Assembly: GCA_021613535.1 (NCBI GenBank) | Contig: CP075492.1 | Location: forward strand, 10,292,001-10,356,000 | Source of the DNA: Adineta vaga | Taxonomy: Eukaryota; Animalia; Rotifera | DNA length: 64,000 nucleotides | Direction: 5' to 3' | In this document: in pieces, positions 1 through 13,208 of the stretch | How positions within the stretch are numbered: the first letter of the stretch is position 1 | Layout of the letters: each line of letters opens with the position of its first letter | Notes under the pieces: generated by a model | The model's input: the letters and a program-made list of their open reading frames with translations, nothing else | Databases searched by the model: none | What the model was told of the DNA's origin: nothing | Translations under genes and position numbers: made by a program

Positions 1-1325
<1,325 letters not shown>

Positions 1326-1870
1326 AGATAATCTTTCTTGTATCTTATATTTAAAAAGTGTTTTTATGATTATTCAGCTAGAAAAAATGAGAAAACTTAT
1401 ATGAATGAACAGTGACTTGTATTTTCTTTTCTATGAGTGTATAAACAGTGATACGATCAAATAATGTGTTCTTTTTCTCTTTTTTGCTAAAAACTCTCTC
1501 TCTCGCTCTCTGTATGTGTTAACAGTACATCTCACAGTGAGTCTTTTTCTCGATTTCTCGCTTTATTCTTCTCTTTGTTTGTTGTTCTTAATGTATATTT
1601 TTATCTCTCACTCTCTCTTTCGTTTGTTGTTGTTGTTTTCTGTTGTTTTTTTACTTTATGAATTATTTGCTCTATCAGTCACAAAACATCATTATCGTTG
1701 AAAAATTTCTATACATAAAACATAACTATGTGTTTGTTTATTTATTTATTTATTTATGATAATAAGGAAATTTTGGAAGAGATTTAAAGATATTGAATAT
1801 GAGTTGAAATATATATAATTATATACGTATTAATCTCTATTTTCGTGTTTTTATTTTCTCAGACGAATAG

Positions 1871-2521
1871 ATGTTACCACCAGCTTCACGTCGTCTTGCA
1901 TTACTTCTCTTGCTGATATTCAGCATTGTATTAGTTCGATCATCTATTAATCCACGTGATTCATTCGTTTGGTTCTTGGAAATTTTACCTGCAGTTCTGG
2001 GTGTTCTCGCCATGATTTTTGTATCACCAAATTTTCGTTTTACAAATCTGGTTACCATACTTGTATTTATTCATTGTCTCATTCTAATAATTGGTGCTCA
2101 TTATACATATGCTGAAGTACCATTTTTCAATAAACTTCGAGATGTATTTCATTTAAAACGCAATAATTTTGATAAGATTGGTCATTTTGCACAAGGTTTT
2201 ATTCCGGTTCTTATTGTACGAGAAGTTATTATACGATTACGAATTCTTTCAACGAATATTAGTAAATTTTGGTTACCATATATATGTGTATCAGTGACAT
2301 TAAGTTACTCAGCATTATATGAATTAATTGAATGGGCAGTAGCAAAAGCAACTGGTACAGCAGCTGATGCTTTTCTTGGTACACAAGGTGATGTTTGGGA
2401 TACACAAAGCGATATGTTTTGTTGTTTAATTGGATCAATTTCTGCTTTAATATTATTTACAAATTTACATGACAAATCTATTTCACGTGTTGAACGTATT
2501 GAAAAACAAAAATCGAAATAA
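1871..2521 (+). CDS. DUF2238/YjdF-family inner-membrane protein, bacterial type, intronless
   Basis: Motifs W.LE, GAHYTYAEVP, RNNFDKIGHFAQGFIP, SALYELIEW and FLGTQGDVWDTQSDM match my recollection of the bacterial YjdF/DUF2238 family. Several hydrophobic segments. Confidence 0.88.
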   Translation: MLPPASRRLALLLLLIFSIVLVRSSINPRDSFVWFLEILPAVLGVLAMIFVSPNFRFTNLVTILVFIHCLILIIGAHYTYAEVPFFNKLRDVFHLKRNNFDKIGHFAQGFIPVLIVREVIIRLRILSTNISKFWLPYICVSVTLSYSALYELIEWAVAKATGTAADAFLGTQGDVWDTQSDMFCCLIGSISALILFTNLHDKSISRVERIEKQKSK

Positions 2522-3187
2522 TGATTAATCGCATCATATACTTTTTTTTCTCATTTTAATATATTATTTGTATTCTTCTATTAATGAACAAAATAAAAAA
2601 ATAGATAGAAAATAGTCAATTACTTTCGAGTATTTAACAATTAATAATTGATTAAACGAGGGTTGAAAACATGGTCAACGGAAATTGTTGATGTCAATAT
2701 ATCAAATGTATCCGCTTCCCTAGAACAGCAGTAGACGAACGGATGTTATGAATATCATTGAATAAATATTTCAACATGTTTTATCGAGTCAAACTAGTCT
2801 GATACATGTACAACTGTTTATTGATTCTACTAGTAAATCGTTGATCTTACAAAATCTCACTACTGAATATTTCAATATATCTTTCTTTGAATGATGTTAG
2901 AACGTTAAAAGTATTTTTTTTTTGACGTTGAATGTATTTGCACATCTATATTATCCTTTATGTACAGCAAATCAATATGAGTATAAAAACAAATAAAGTT
3001 AAAATTTAGCTTAAATTAATACCAACTATATTAACATAGAATCTACAGAGGTCCTTATCTATCAGTATGATATAAATCACGTTGTATGCTCACGTGATTG
3101 ATTGCCAGGAAAATCCTTCGAACTATATATATAAATAAGAGTACGATACTGTTTACTCGGTATTCTTCGTCTCTTTAAAGTGCAGAA

Positions 3188-4053
3188 ATGGCTTCTGAAA
3201 ATAATGATCTTCATGGTATGGTTCCAGATCATCATGAGACAGCTCTTCTATTGATCGATGTTATCAATCATTTAGATTTTGAAGGCAATGAAGGTTTGAT
3301 AAGAAAAAAACTTCATTCATGTTTCAATAAAGAAAAATTGTTTAATTTTTTAGAATTATTGAAAGTAGCAGAACAAATTGGTAAACAAATTGCTTCATTA
3401 AAAGAAGCAGCACGAAAAGCTGGTATACCAGTGATATATGTCAATGATAATTTTGGTAGATGGACATCAGATTTTCATAATGTCATTGAATATGTTATTA
3501 AAGAAAATAAACCAGGTAGGAATATGTTTAAAGAATCGGTTATTTTCATTTTGTTTTATTTAGGCAAATGTTTAGCAAAGTTATTATTGCCAAATGATGA
3601 GGATTGTATGTTGAATTTTCTTGAAGACGATAAAAATATCAAGTTTGATTTCTTTAGATTTTGTTCTTAAACCCAAACATTCAGCATTTTATTGTACACC
3701 ACTGGATATCTTATTAAATCATTTGGGTACTGAAACATTAATACTTGCTGGTTTTGCTGGAAATATTTGTGTTTTATTTACGGCTAATGATGCTTACATG
3801 AGAAATTTCAAATTAATTGTTCCAAAAGATTGTATCGGTTCAAACACATCAGAAGTAAATAAATGAGAGTTTTCATCAATTTGTTATAATTCATAACTTA
3901 TTTTCATAGGAAAATGCTGCTGCTTTAGAACAAATGAAGAATATATTGAAAGCTGATATCCGACCATCATCAGAGATAAACAAAGACATGAAAACGAAAA
4001 ACAATGTCAAAAATACCAATGAAAAAACACCAGATAAAATTATAAGAAAATGA
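3188..4053 (+). CDS. Isochorismatase-family cysteine hydrolase, bacterial type, 4 introns
   Basis: ALLLIDVIN (Asp), VIYVNDNFGRW, KPKHSAFY (Lys) and AGNICVLFTANDAYMR (Cys). Introns 3294-3353, 3516-3563, 3606-3657 and 3855-3909 give a continuous frame. Confidence 0.9.
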
Positions 4054-4386
4054 TTATCTACTTTCACTAATGTTGAACAAAATTTTGTCCGGATTTTTTT
4101 GCACATACTTAGAAAAAGTACACATAAATATTAATCTCGCGATGCCTATATAAATGATGTTTTCTCGGAATGAATTATTCATTGGATAACATGAGACGGA
4201 ATTTCAGCTTATCTATATTTATTGTTTTGAGTATAACTTTTGCGTCATGTTGTCATCTACTAACAAATATATTTCACACTTTTTTCCTATTGGTTACATA
4301 TTTCCATCAATCAAATATGATCAGTATTTCTTAAGTCATACGAGAAGTAACACGTTTACTTCATTGATATTTGTATTCTAATAAAC

Positions 4387-5630
4387 ATGGATGTTATTTT
4401 AATCCTTGCTATTACACTTTTACTTGTCTTTATTGGAGCTTTATTTTATGCGAAAAAACGTCAGTCAGGTTTGAAAATAGATTCTTTCTCGAATATAAAA
4501 TTGTTGATTTCAATATAAAATCAGGTGATAATCCTGAACAACCTGTTGCTCCACGTCGTTTAGGCCCGGTTGATAATGATCGACCAAGAGCCGCACAAAT
4601 TCGTAATCGAAGAAGATTTAATCCAGCACGTGACTATGATGGTAGAGGTCAAAATGATGATGATGATGATGACAATGCTGGTTAGTGATTAGCAAATAGT
4701 TTGTTGATTATTTATATTGTGAAAGTTCTTCCTTTCCAGAGGAATTCGATCCGACAACAATGAACGATAATGTAGAACTCGATCCGAAGATGGGTACAAA
4801 GAAACGATTAAAACTGGAAGCCAAAGAAGAAAAAAGACAACAACGCGAAGTAAAAGAATTTCGTTGCTCTTTCCATTTGAAATATTTTGTTTTTCTATAG
4901 CAAGAATTAGTTGAACGACGAGAAAGAAAAGAACGCGATGATAAATTAGCTGAAGAACGACGAAAGAAAGAATTAGAAGAAGAACAACGTGAAAAAGAAC
5001 AAGTAAGAACAAAGTTAAATCTTTTTGATATCAATTAAGTCATATGAAACTTTTAGGAAGAAGAAGAACGAAGAAAAAAAGAAGAACGTGAACGAAAAGA
5101 ATATGAAGAATATCTTGAATTAAAGAAAGCTTTTACGGTTGAAGAAGAAGGTCATGATCAAAATCCGGATGATGCTGACGTAAGAACAGTTTTATTAGAA
5201 ATACATGTTTTCCAAAAATGTATTTCGTTTTAGAATGAATCGGTATTGAATCAATTTGTTGAATATATCAAAACAGCGAAATTTATGTATCTTGATGAAT
5301 TAGCTGCACAATTCAAACTACGAACTCAAGTAAGATTGCCTAAACATTATAGTAAATCGATAGTTAAATTTCTATGTAATTTCTTCTTAGGATGTCATTG
5401 ATCGTTTGAAATATCTTGAAGATTCAGGTACCATAACAGGTTTATTTGATGATCGTGGTAAATATATTTATTTAACACGTGATGAAATGGATCGTGTAAC
5501 CAAAGCAATTCGTCAACGTGGTCGAATATCGTTTAGTGATTTATCAAAAATAAGTAATGAACTTATTGATTTTAGTGGTACAGGAACTGTCAACGAAAAA
5601 TTATTAGAAACTGATGAAACCACAAGTTAA
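4387..5630 (+). CDS. DDRGK1: DDRGK domain-containing protein 1 (UFBP1), UFMylation adaptor
   Basis: N-terminal TM segment, Glu/Arg-rich coil, [18 protein letters not shown], and PCI-like C-terminus with [11 protein letters not shown]. Multiple short introns. Confidence 0.95.
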
Positions 5631-6515
5631 TAAAGAAAACAAAAATAAATATCTTGTTCTCACCGTTTAATTTACATATTTATTTATTTTGAAAGCAAAA
5701 AAAAATCCGATTGTTTATGATCTTGATATTTAAATAAGAAGATAACAAAAAATTCTTTTTTTTCATGAGTTTGATTCTAAACAAAATGTATATAGATCTC
5801 ATGCATTGAAAATATGTTCAATTGTCGACGTAGATCTGAAAATCTAATAAGTATTGAATATTCAATGAAATCGTTAACATAATGGCTAGTTTTTTTGATG
5901 ATGCACATGCATTGTTCTCTGGATAAACTAATTATAAAGTATAAAATAATCTATTCTAGATCGAAAAGCTAAAGAATATGACAGTTGGATTCATAAAATC
6001 ATCATCATACCTAACAATACTTACTTTATTTCATTACAAAGCTATGATAGATATATTATGCTACGTAAATATGGTCTTTTATGTGACGCTTTCATTATTC
6101 AACCAGAAATTACCTTGAGCGACGTACCATGGCATAGTTCGTACGCAAACTACGTTCTTATTCGATGATTTGAAAAGAAAAAATAACAAATATTATGTGC
6201 TTTTCGTATGTCACCATGTGGCGTTTTACCTGACGCACTTTTTCTCATATCTTATTGATATTTACAACTTTGTTCGAAATAGGTATAGTTGCATATTATT
6301 TCACATCTCCTCAACCACTTCTTCATTTCAAGTTAAATATTTTTCTAAAATTCTTTCAGTCAACACCTTTTTCTCTCATGTATGTCATGTTAAATATCGA
6401 TGATGAAAGATAAATATGACTTCTTTTTCGAATTCTCAAGAATCTCATACTGATTTCTAATATTTAGAAAAGATATTTTGTTGGTATTAACATTCCATTA
6501 ATCATACGAAATCAT

Positions 6516-8886
6516 ATGGCAACAGGTGAACACATCTATTATTCATCGATCGATATTATATTATCATTTTGTTTATAGATACAGTAAATAAAGAGAGTCC
6601 TGAATGGGTAAAACTAGAAATTCAGGTATGAAACGATAGTTAAACATTACTTTAGATTCTATGATTTCTTTAGAAAATTCAATTGCATTTTGTATCTGCA
6701 TTACAACGCGTTGAAAGTGATATAAATAATCATTTTACTTCATTGACTACCGAATTAGAAGCGCGTGAACCAGAATCAACAAAAACTTCATCGACAAAGT
6801 CAAATGAATAATTTCTTTGTTTTTATAATTTCAATTTTGTGTTTTGTTTAGAAATTCGAAAAATGAAATAAAAGAATGTCGTGTCTTCATTCCTCGAAAC
6901 TCGATCTTGACCGATCTATTCGAAATTTCACATATTCGAAGTGTTCGAAATGTATTCGCAGCAATCTTAATCATATTAGTTATACAAGAGATACTTCATG
7001 ATATTATCAACGAAGGAAGGTAAACGAATACAATCAAATAAATCATTGGCAAATACTTGTTTTCTGTATCTTATTCAGAATTGATCTAGATTTTGATATA
7101 ATTTTTGAATGTTTTGAAAAACTACATATCGCACTTTTCGTTTGGTTAATTATGCAATTAATGACGGCAATTGTTGTTTTTATGGGATTTTATTTATGGG
7201 CATATCAACGATGCAATTTTAGGAAAAGCTTAAGTAAGAATATTCAATAGTTAGATGTAAATCGCTATTTCTGTTTTCTTATTTAGAAATGTATGATACA
7301 ATATGGTTGTCGATATATGTTCTTTATATCATGTTATTTCTGATTTTACCATGTCGTCAAATTGTGGAACATAATTTAGCAATAGCTTCGGCATTGATTA
7401 TTTTACTTGAACAGGTAAGAGTTCGTTTCTTTTTTGGAATAGATAATTCATTGAATTGAATTCTTTTAGATTCGACAATTAATGAAAACTCATTCATTCA
7501 TTCGTGAAAATATTTCTAAAAATCTTTCGTTAATCGGTTTGTTTTATCAAAAAAAAACCCAAACTTCTAAACTTGCTGTTTAAACTATGCTATTAATTCT
7601 AAATGCCTTACTGATGTATGCTTCAATGAATCTCATTGATTTTAGACGAAATAATTTCCTATGTTTTTCTCATCTGTTCTCTTTAGATTCGAAGACAAAC
7701 ACATTTGTTTGTCCAGATTATTCGAAATATTTATATTTTCTATTTGCTCCAACATTGATCTATCGTGATGAATATCCACGAAATGCAACTATTCGTTGGA
7801 ATTTTGTTGTACAAATGTTTGGTCAAGTTCTAGCATCCATGTTCTATGTTTACTGTGTTGTTGTACGATTTTGTGTTCCAACATTTTCTGATTTAAATCG
7901 AAATGAAATAACATTACCAATATTCATATCGGTTCTATTTAATTCAATTATGCCAGGAAGTCTTTTTCTTCTATTAGGTAGGATTATTCTCTATCGAATG
8001 AAATAAGAAAAAGAGATTTTGGTTTTTTTTTCATTCAACAATAGGTTTTTATGGCTTTTTACATTGTTGGTTGAATGCATTTGCTGAAATGCTTCGATTT
8101 GCAGATCGAATGTTTTATAAAGTAAGACGAAGAAATAACATGTGAAAGAAATTTTTGTTTACAAATCATATAGGATTGGTGGAATTCAACTTCATTTGCG
8201 AATTATTACCGAACATGGAATGTAGTCGTACATGATTGGCTTCATACATATGTTTATAGAGAAATTTATGTGGTAGGAAAGTATATGTTAAAATTTCGAA
8301 TTTTATTTTTTGTGTTGAATAGTTAATTGGCAAAAAGAATCGAGCATTTCCTTCGATTTGTGTAGTACTTTTATCCGCGGTTTTCCATGAATATGTCATG
8401 ATGTTTGCACTTGGTTTTTTCTATCCAGTTATGTTTCTACTTTTTGGAGTAGCAGGATGTAAGTAATGATTTTCGAATCATATAAATCCTTGACAGTTGA
8501 GTTCGTGTCCGCAATCTATTTACCTTGATAATTTATACGCTTTGCATATGTCTTGACAATCTATATTTCAATTAAATTTACTAGCTCATATAATTATTTC
8601 ACTTTTTCAGTGGCTTTTTTGTTTCTACTTCCACGAAATCCTGGTGTTGTATTTAATATACTCATCTGGCTATTTCTGTTCATTGGTGTTGGATTACAGG
8701 CATGTTTTTACTTTATGGAAGCGTATGCAAGAAGATCATGTCCAGCTAATGTAAGTTTGTTTACTCCTTGAACTGTGCATTTTATCTTCTCAATTTTAGA
8801 ATACATTTTGGGATAAAGTAATACCTCGATCATTTGTTTGTCGTGTTTCATTACCAACTGGAAATCTTTTACATATAGACTTATAA
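6516..8886 (+). CDS. SOAT1: Sterol O-acyltransferase (ACAT/SOAT), MBOAT family
   Basis: Spliced motifs [65 protein letters not shown] and catalytic SAVFHEY. Confidence 0.92.
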
Positions 8887-9002
8887 GATTCATTAGGATG
8901 TTTTTTCTAAATTTCTTTTTTTTAATAAAAAAAAAAACTACAATCAGAATCGAAAACTTGTTTCGCTATGCTTATTGAATTATTTTAGAAAGATACTTTC
9001 TT

Positions 9003-10341
9003 ATGACAACTTCAATTGATTGTCAAGAACTTCAGGTAGTCACTATCAATGTGTATATAGAAAATGTAAACAATATTTTAGAGAGAAGAAATCGAATCAT
9101 TAGAAACGATCTTTGGTTCTGCATGGTCAAAATATGATGAAAATAGTGAGACATATCGAGTTGCTCTTGAAAGAAATGTGGATCAACGAATTGAATTACA
9201 AGTAAATTCTTTTGACAATCTTCCTTAATAATGAATGATCCTATTCAGGTGACCTTTATCGATGGATATCCACTACGAAATTCGTTGAAATATTCGATTT
9301 TTGCTCCTTGGCTTAAAGGAAACAAACGACAACGATTAATGGACGAACTTAATAAAACAATTCAGTATGTAGATGATAAAATCAAGTTTCTTTCATTGAA
9401 ACAGTGCCTAAACGAAATCTAGACAAAACGTTCATGAACCTGTGATCTACTGTCTAACACAGACAATTTATGATTTTTTGGACGAAAAATTTCTATTTTT
9501 AACTGATGAACAACGTGATCAACAAACAACAGGTGGTTAAGTTATTGTCGATTTCTATTTCTCTCTTCCTAGACATAGTTTTGTTTTTCAGATGAATCAA
9601 ATGTGACCTCTATTGATAAAGTTAGTGCTGATGTAAAATATTCCAAACGATTACCTATTCCGAAATTATCACCCGAAGGTAGAACTTCATTGTTGTTCTA
9701 CTATATGATTGTTAGAGAGTTATACCTGTGTACAGAAAAATATTCCTGTCCAGAAATACTTACTGATGAACCAATGGAAGAAGATCGTGCAAGTGTTTTT
9801 CAAGCTCATTGTGCGCGTATTGAACACGAATGTCAAGTATAATCCTTGATCGTTAATAGATTTTTTGACTAAGATCATTTGATTTAGGTTCAAATGGTAT
9901 TAGATGAATTGAAGAAACATAAAAAAATTGCAACGGCAAAACATAATGTTTATGCTTATAGGTATCATTTACGATAAATAATTCGTTTTATCGAAAAATA
10001 AACTAAACAGATGATTTCATCTGTAGTTTTGAATGATATGTAAGACAATAGTATTTTGATTTAGAGTTACGGTAGGAAATGGCAAGATTCTTAATGAATG
10101 TAATGATGATGGTGAAAATCGTGCTGGTGAATGGGTTTTAGAACCACTCGTAGTACGTAACAAACTTTCTATGAATTTTCTTATTTGATTCGTATGTGTA
10201 TTGTTTTAGTTGAACAATTTAAACAATATAATGGTTGTTGTTACACGTTGGCATCGTGATTATTCGATTCATATGGGTGCCGGACGATTTACTGCTTATA
10301 AACAATGTTGTGCTGAAATAATAAAAAAATTTTTGAAATAA
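9003..10341 (+). CDS. IMPACT-like protein, divergent copy (RWD + UPF0029/ancient domain)
   Basis: EEIESLETIF and VTFIDGYP (RWD); EDRASVFQAH, KIATAKHNVYAYR, CNDDGENRAG and VVVTRW (ancient domain). Stop at 10339-10341. Confidence 0.85.
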
Positions 10342-10386
10342 AATCAAATAACTCATTTATATTTATATATTTTATCACTTTTTCAG

Positions 10387-11584
10387 ATGACTGAAGAATG
10401 GGTTCAACTTCAAGCTGATGAAATCGAAGCATTGAATAGTATTTTCGATCCAAAACAATGGAAACGTGATGAGAATGATAGTCAAAGAACATATGTATTA
10501 ACTGTCAATCATCGACCTGAAAGAGTGATTAGTTTAGAAGTCACTTTCGTTGATGGTTATCCTACTGATGAACCAATGGTTTATAATATACGGTAAGACG
10601 TTTTTATGAACAGTAAGGGTTACTGTTTTCTTCTTTGTAGAGGACCATGGTTAAGAGGTGAAGAACGACAACAATTAACAACAATTTTAGAAGATATTTA
10701 TTTGTAAGATCAAAATATACAAAAATATGTAATAAACATCTTTTATAGGAATAATATCGGCAAACCTTTAGTATTCTTATGGGCTGATGCACTTCGAGAT
10801 TTTGTTGACAAATCATCTGATAGAAATGAAAGTAAAAATTGTTTATGCAAAGACTTCGATAATTGTTTTTCTTGTGTAGCTAATACTAGTCATAAAATTG
10901 AACCAATCGGTATGAAAAATGAAATTAGTTGTTATACTTATTCTGTTCTATTCTGTTTCAATAGTGGATAAAACTTTATCAGTTGGAAAAGAAATCGTCG
11001 TTCCAACTATTCATAGTGATGAACCATTTGAAGATCGAAAAAGTGTTTTTCAAGCTCATTTAAGTACAGTACATAGTAAAGAAGAAGTTCAATTGGTTCT
11101 GAATAAATTAAAAGAAAATAAAAAGATTGCTAATGCTACACATAATATGTATGCATATAGGTAAGAGACTTTTACTCTTAGAAATTTAAATATAATTGAT
11201 ATTTTTTATAGAATTTGGGATGAAAAGCGTAATGTTCTATTAGCCGATTGTGAAGATGATGGAGAAACAGCTGCATCTAGTCGAATGCTACATTTAATGG
11301 ATGTAAATAGATTACAAAAAAACAAGTAAAAAATTATTTCTTCATAGACAATTTTTAGATTGCAGATGTGAGAAATGTGCTAGTAGTTGTTTCAAGATGG
11401 TTTGGTGGTGTTCTCTTACATAATGATCGATTCAAACATATTAATAATGCTTGTCGAACAATTTTACTCAATCATGGTTATATTAAAAAAGTAAACTGCA
11501 AGATCATTTTACAATCATCAAACGAAAGAGTGTTTTTTTTCATTTCAGACACCTGATGCCACGAAAACCAAATCGCATAAATGA
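10387..11584 (+). CDS. IMPACT: Protein IMPACT, canonical copy
   Basis: QADEIEALNSIF, DGYP, DRKSVFQAH, KIANATHNMYAYR, DCEDDGETAA, VVVSRWFGG and DRFKHINN. Stop TGA at 11582-11584. Confidence 0.93.
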
Positions 11585-11610
11585 TTAAAATATTTTTATT
11601 AAATAAAAAA

Positions 11611-11630
11611 CAACAACAACAACAACAACA
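11611..11630. repeat. (CAA)n microsatellite between convergent IMPACT and ankyrin genes
   Basis: caacaacaacaacaacaaca is read directly from the sequence. Confidence 0.8.
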
Positions 11631-11645
11631 ATAAATGAATAACAT

Positions 11646-11966
11646 CTACCTTTTTGAAAAGTCCAAAAGATATTTTATTATAAGTTGATTTGCTCCACAA
11701 TAAACAGCTATATGAATTGGTAACCATCCATATTTATTGATTGAATAAACTGATGCACCATATTCTAATAATAAATGAACAGCATCAACTTGATTACGAA
11801 GAATATAACGATGAAGTAATGGATTATTATTATCGTCGAATTTATCGAAAAGATTCATTTGTGTTAGAATAGTTTCATGTTTGAGTAATAGACAAGCTTC
11901 ATCGAGATTATTTGTATCGAGAAGATACATTAATCGATTAAAATCACATGTAGAGTTCGTCGTCAT
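11646..11966 (-). CDS. Small ankyrin-repeat protein, NRARP-like, intronless
   Basis: 106 aa with ankyrin repeats (PLLH...VHLLLEYGA; NKYGWLPIHIAVYCG...IIKYLL). Size and layout resemble NRARP. Confidence 0.7.
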   Translation of the reverse strand: MTTNSTCDFNRLMYLLDTNNLDEACLLLKHETILTQMNLFDKFDDNNNPLLHRYILRNQVDAVHLLLEYGASVYSINKYGWLPIHIAVYCGANQLIIKYLLDFSKR

Positions 11967-12760
11967 ACGACATCACGAATATGATGAACAGAAACTGTAT
12001 TGGTGATCGATTGGAATTGAAAGGAGTGCAAGAGGTCATTCATCTTTTTATTTTTCTTCTTCTTCTTCTTCGTTCGAATTCAAGGTGAAAGGAAAAAGGA
12101 AGAGAAATGTATTGAAATTTTTCTTTCTTCCTCTCTAACTGTCGATGATTCTTTTCCAATGTAAATAATGAGATCATGATGAATTAAGAAAGAGACAATT
12201 TTATTACTTTTCATGTTCATTGCTTTGATCTTTATTTTACACTATAGAACAATGAAGAAGCGGCAATGAAATCAATTGATGAGAAAATTGAGTAATAGAA
12301 ACAATAGTTTTGAAGATGAAATATTGTTTAACACTTTCAAAATAGCTTTTCTTTGTTCAAAATTCTTTTCAACTGTTAATCGACATATAATATCAACAAT
12401 TGTTCTTAACTGATTGTATCCATGGATGTTACATGTTCATAAAGCTTCTATTAACTGAGTTGAGAATGTGGATGAATGTGAGAGATAACTATGACCACGT
12501 ACCAATAAATCGATAAGCTATCATCTATTCATGCTACTTTTTCTTAAGTAAAACTATCAGCTGTTTTTATTTCTTATCTGTAATTTCAACTCACTGTCAA
12601 GGTAATGGAGAAATAACGATAACATACGTAGATGAATTGCATAATTTTAACTTAGTCATCTATGAGATTTCACAATCGAAGGTAACATAGTCAATGAAAC
12701 ATAAATAGATGCTGATAATTTTGAATAGCATTATACAAAGAACAGATCAATGTGACATTA

Positions 12761-13208
12761 ATGTCTTCCTCGTCGGAATCACTTGAAATAAGTCAAATAT
12801 CGACTAAAGATGCTATGCGTCTTTGTCGTGAAACTGAAGATATCAAAACAATTTTAGCACTAACAAATCATACAGATCCTGCTGTACGACAACGTGCATT
12901 GAAAGAAATATGTCCATGCCGTGTCAAAGATGATATTGATCAATTTTGGGAACGTGTTCTCGAAATGATTGATGATCCAGCTGATAATGTTCGAGAACAA
13001 GTGAGTGTTCTACTATTGATAGAACTAGTATGATAAATTTCATTTAAAGGTATTGCATACATTATGTGATGGTTCACCTGATCATATGGAAATGAAAGTC
13101 TTGGATGCACTTGAAATATTCAATCGAGATCGAAATCAATATATTCGACGACGAGCACATAAGGTTCTTTCTGCCTATCGACGATCAGGCAAGTGGAATG
13201 TTTTGTAA
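12761..13208 (+). CDS. Small HEAT/ARM-like repeat protein with CPCRVK and LCDGSP motifs
   Basis: Two exons (intron 13001-13049). Repeating DP.VR units: DPAVRQRALKEICPCRVK...DPADNVREQVLHTLCDGSP...IRRRAHKVLSAYRRSGKWNVL*. Confidence 0.8.

Noticed and set aside
1516-1701. Hydrophobic 61-aa ORF, and similar Phe/Leu-rich ORFs at 18179-18607, 26637-26909 and 48518-48784
   Set aside because: These are translations of T-rich or CT-rich UTR and intron sequence with no motifs.
3294-3353. Apparent insertions in ORF-track proteins (also 3516-3563 and 55278-55325)
   Set aside because: They are stop-free introns whose lengths are multiples of three, not coding insertions.
4689-5034. Antisense ORFs over DDRGK1, and similar ones over XYLB, ANKEF1, STIP1 and the esterase
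   Set aside because: They are shadow frames of real coding exons on the other strand.
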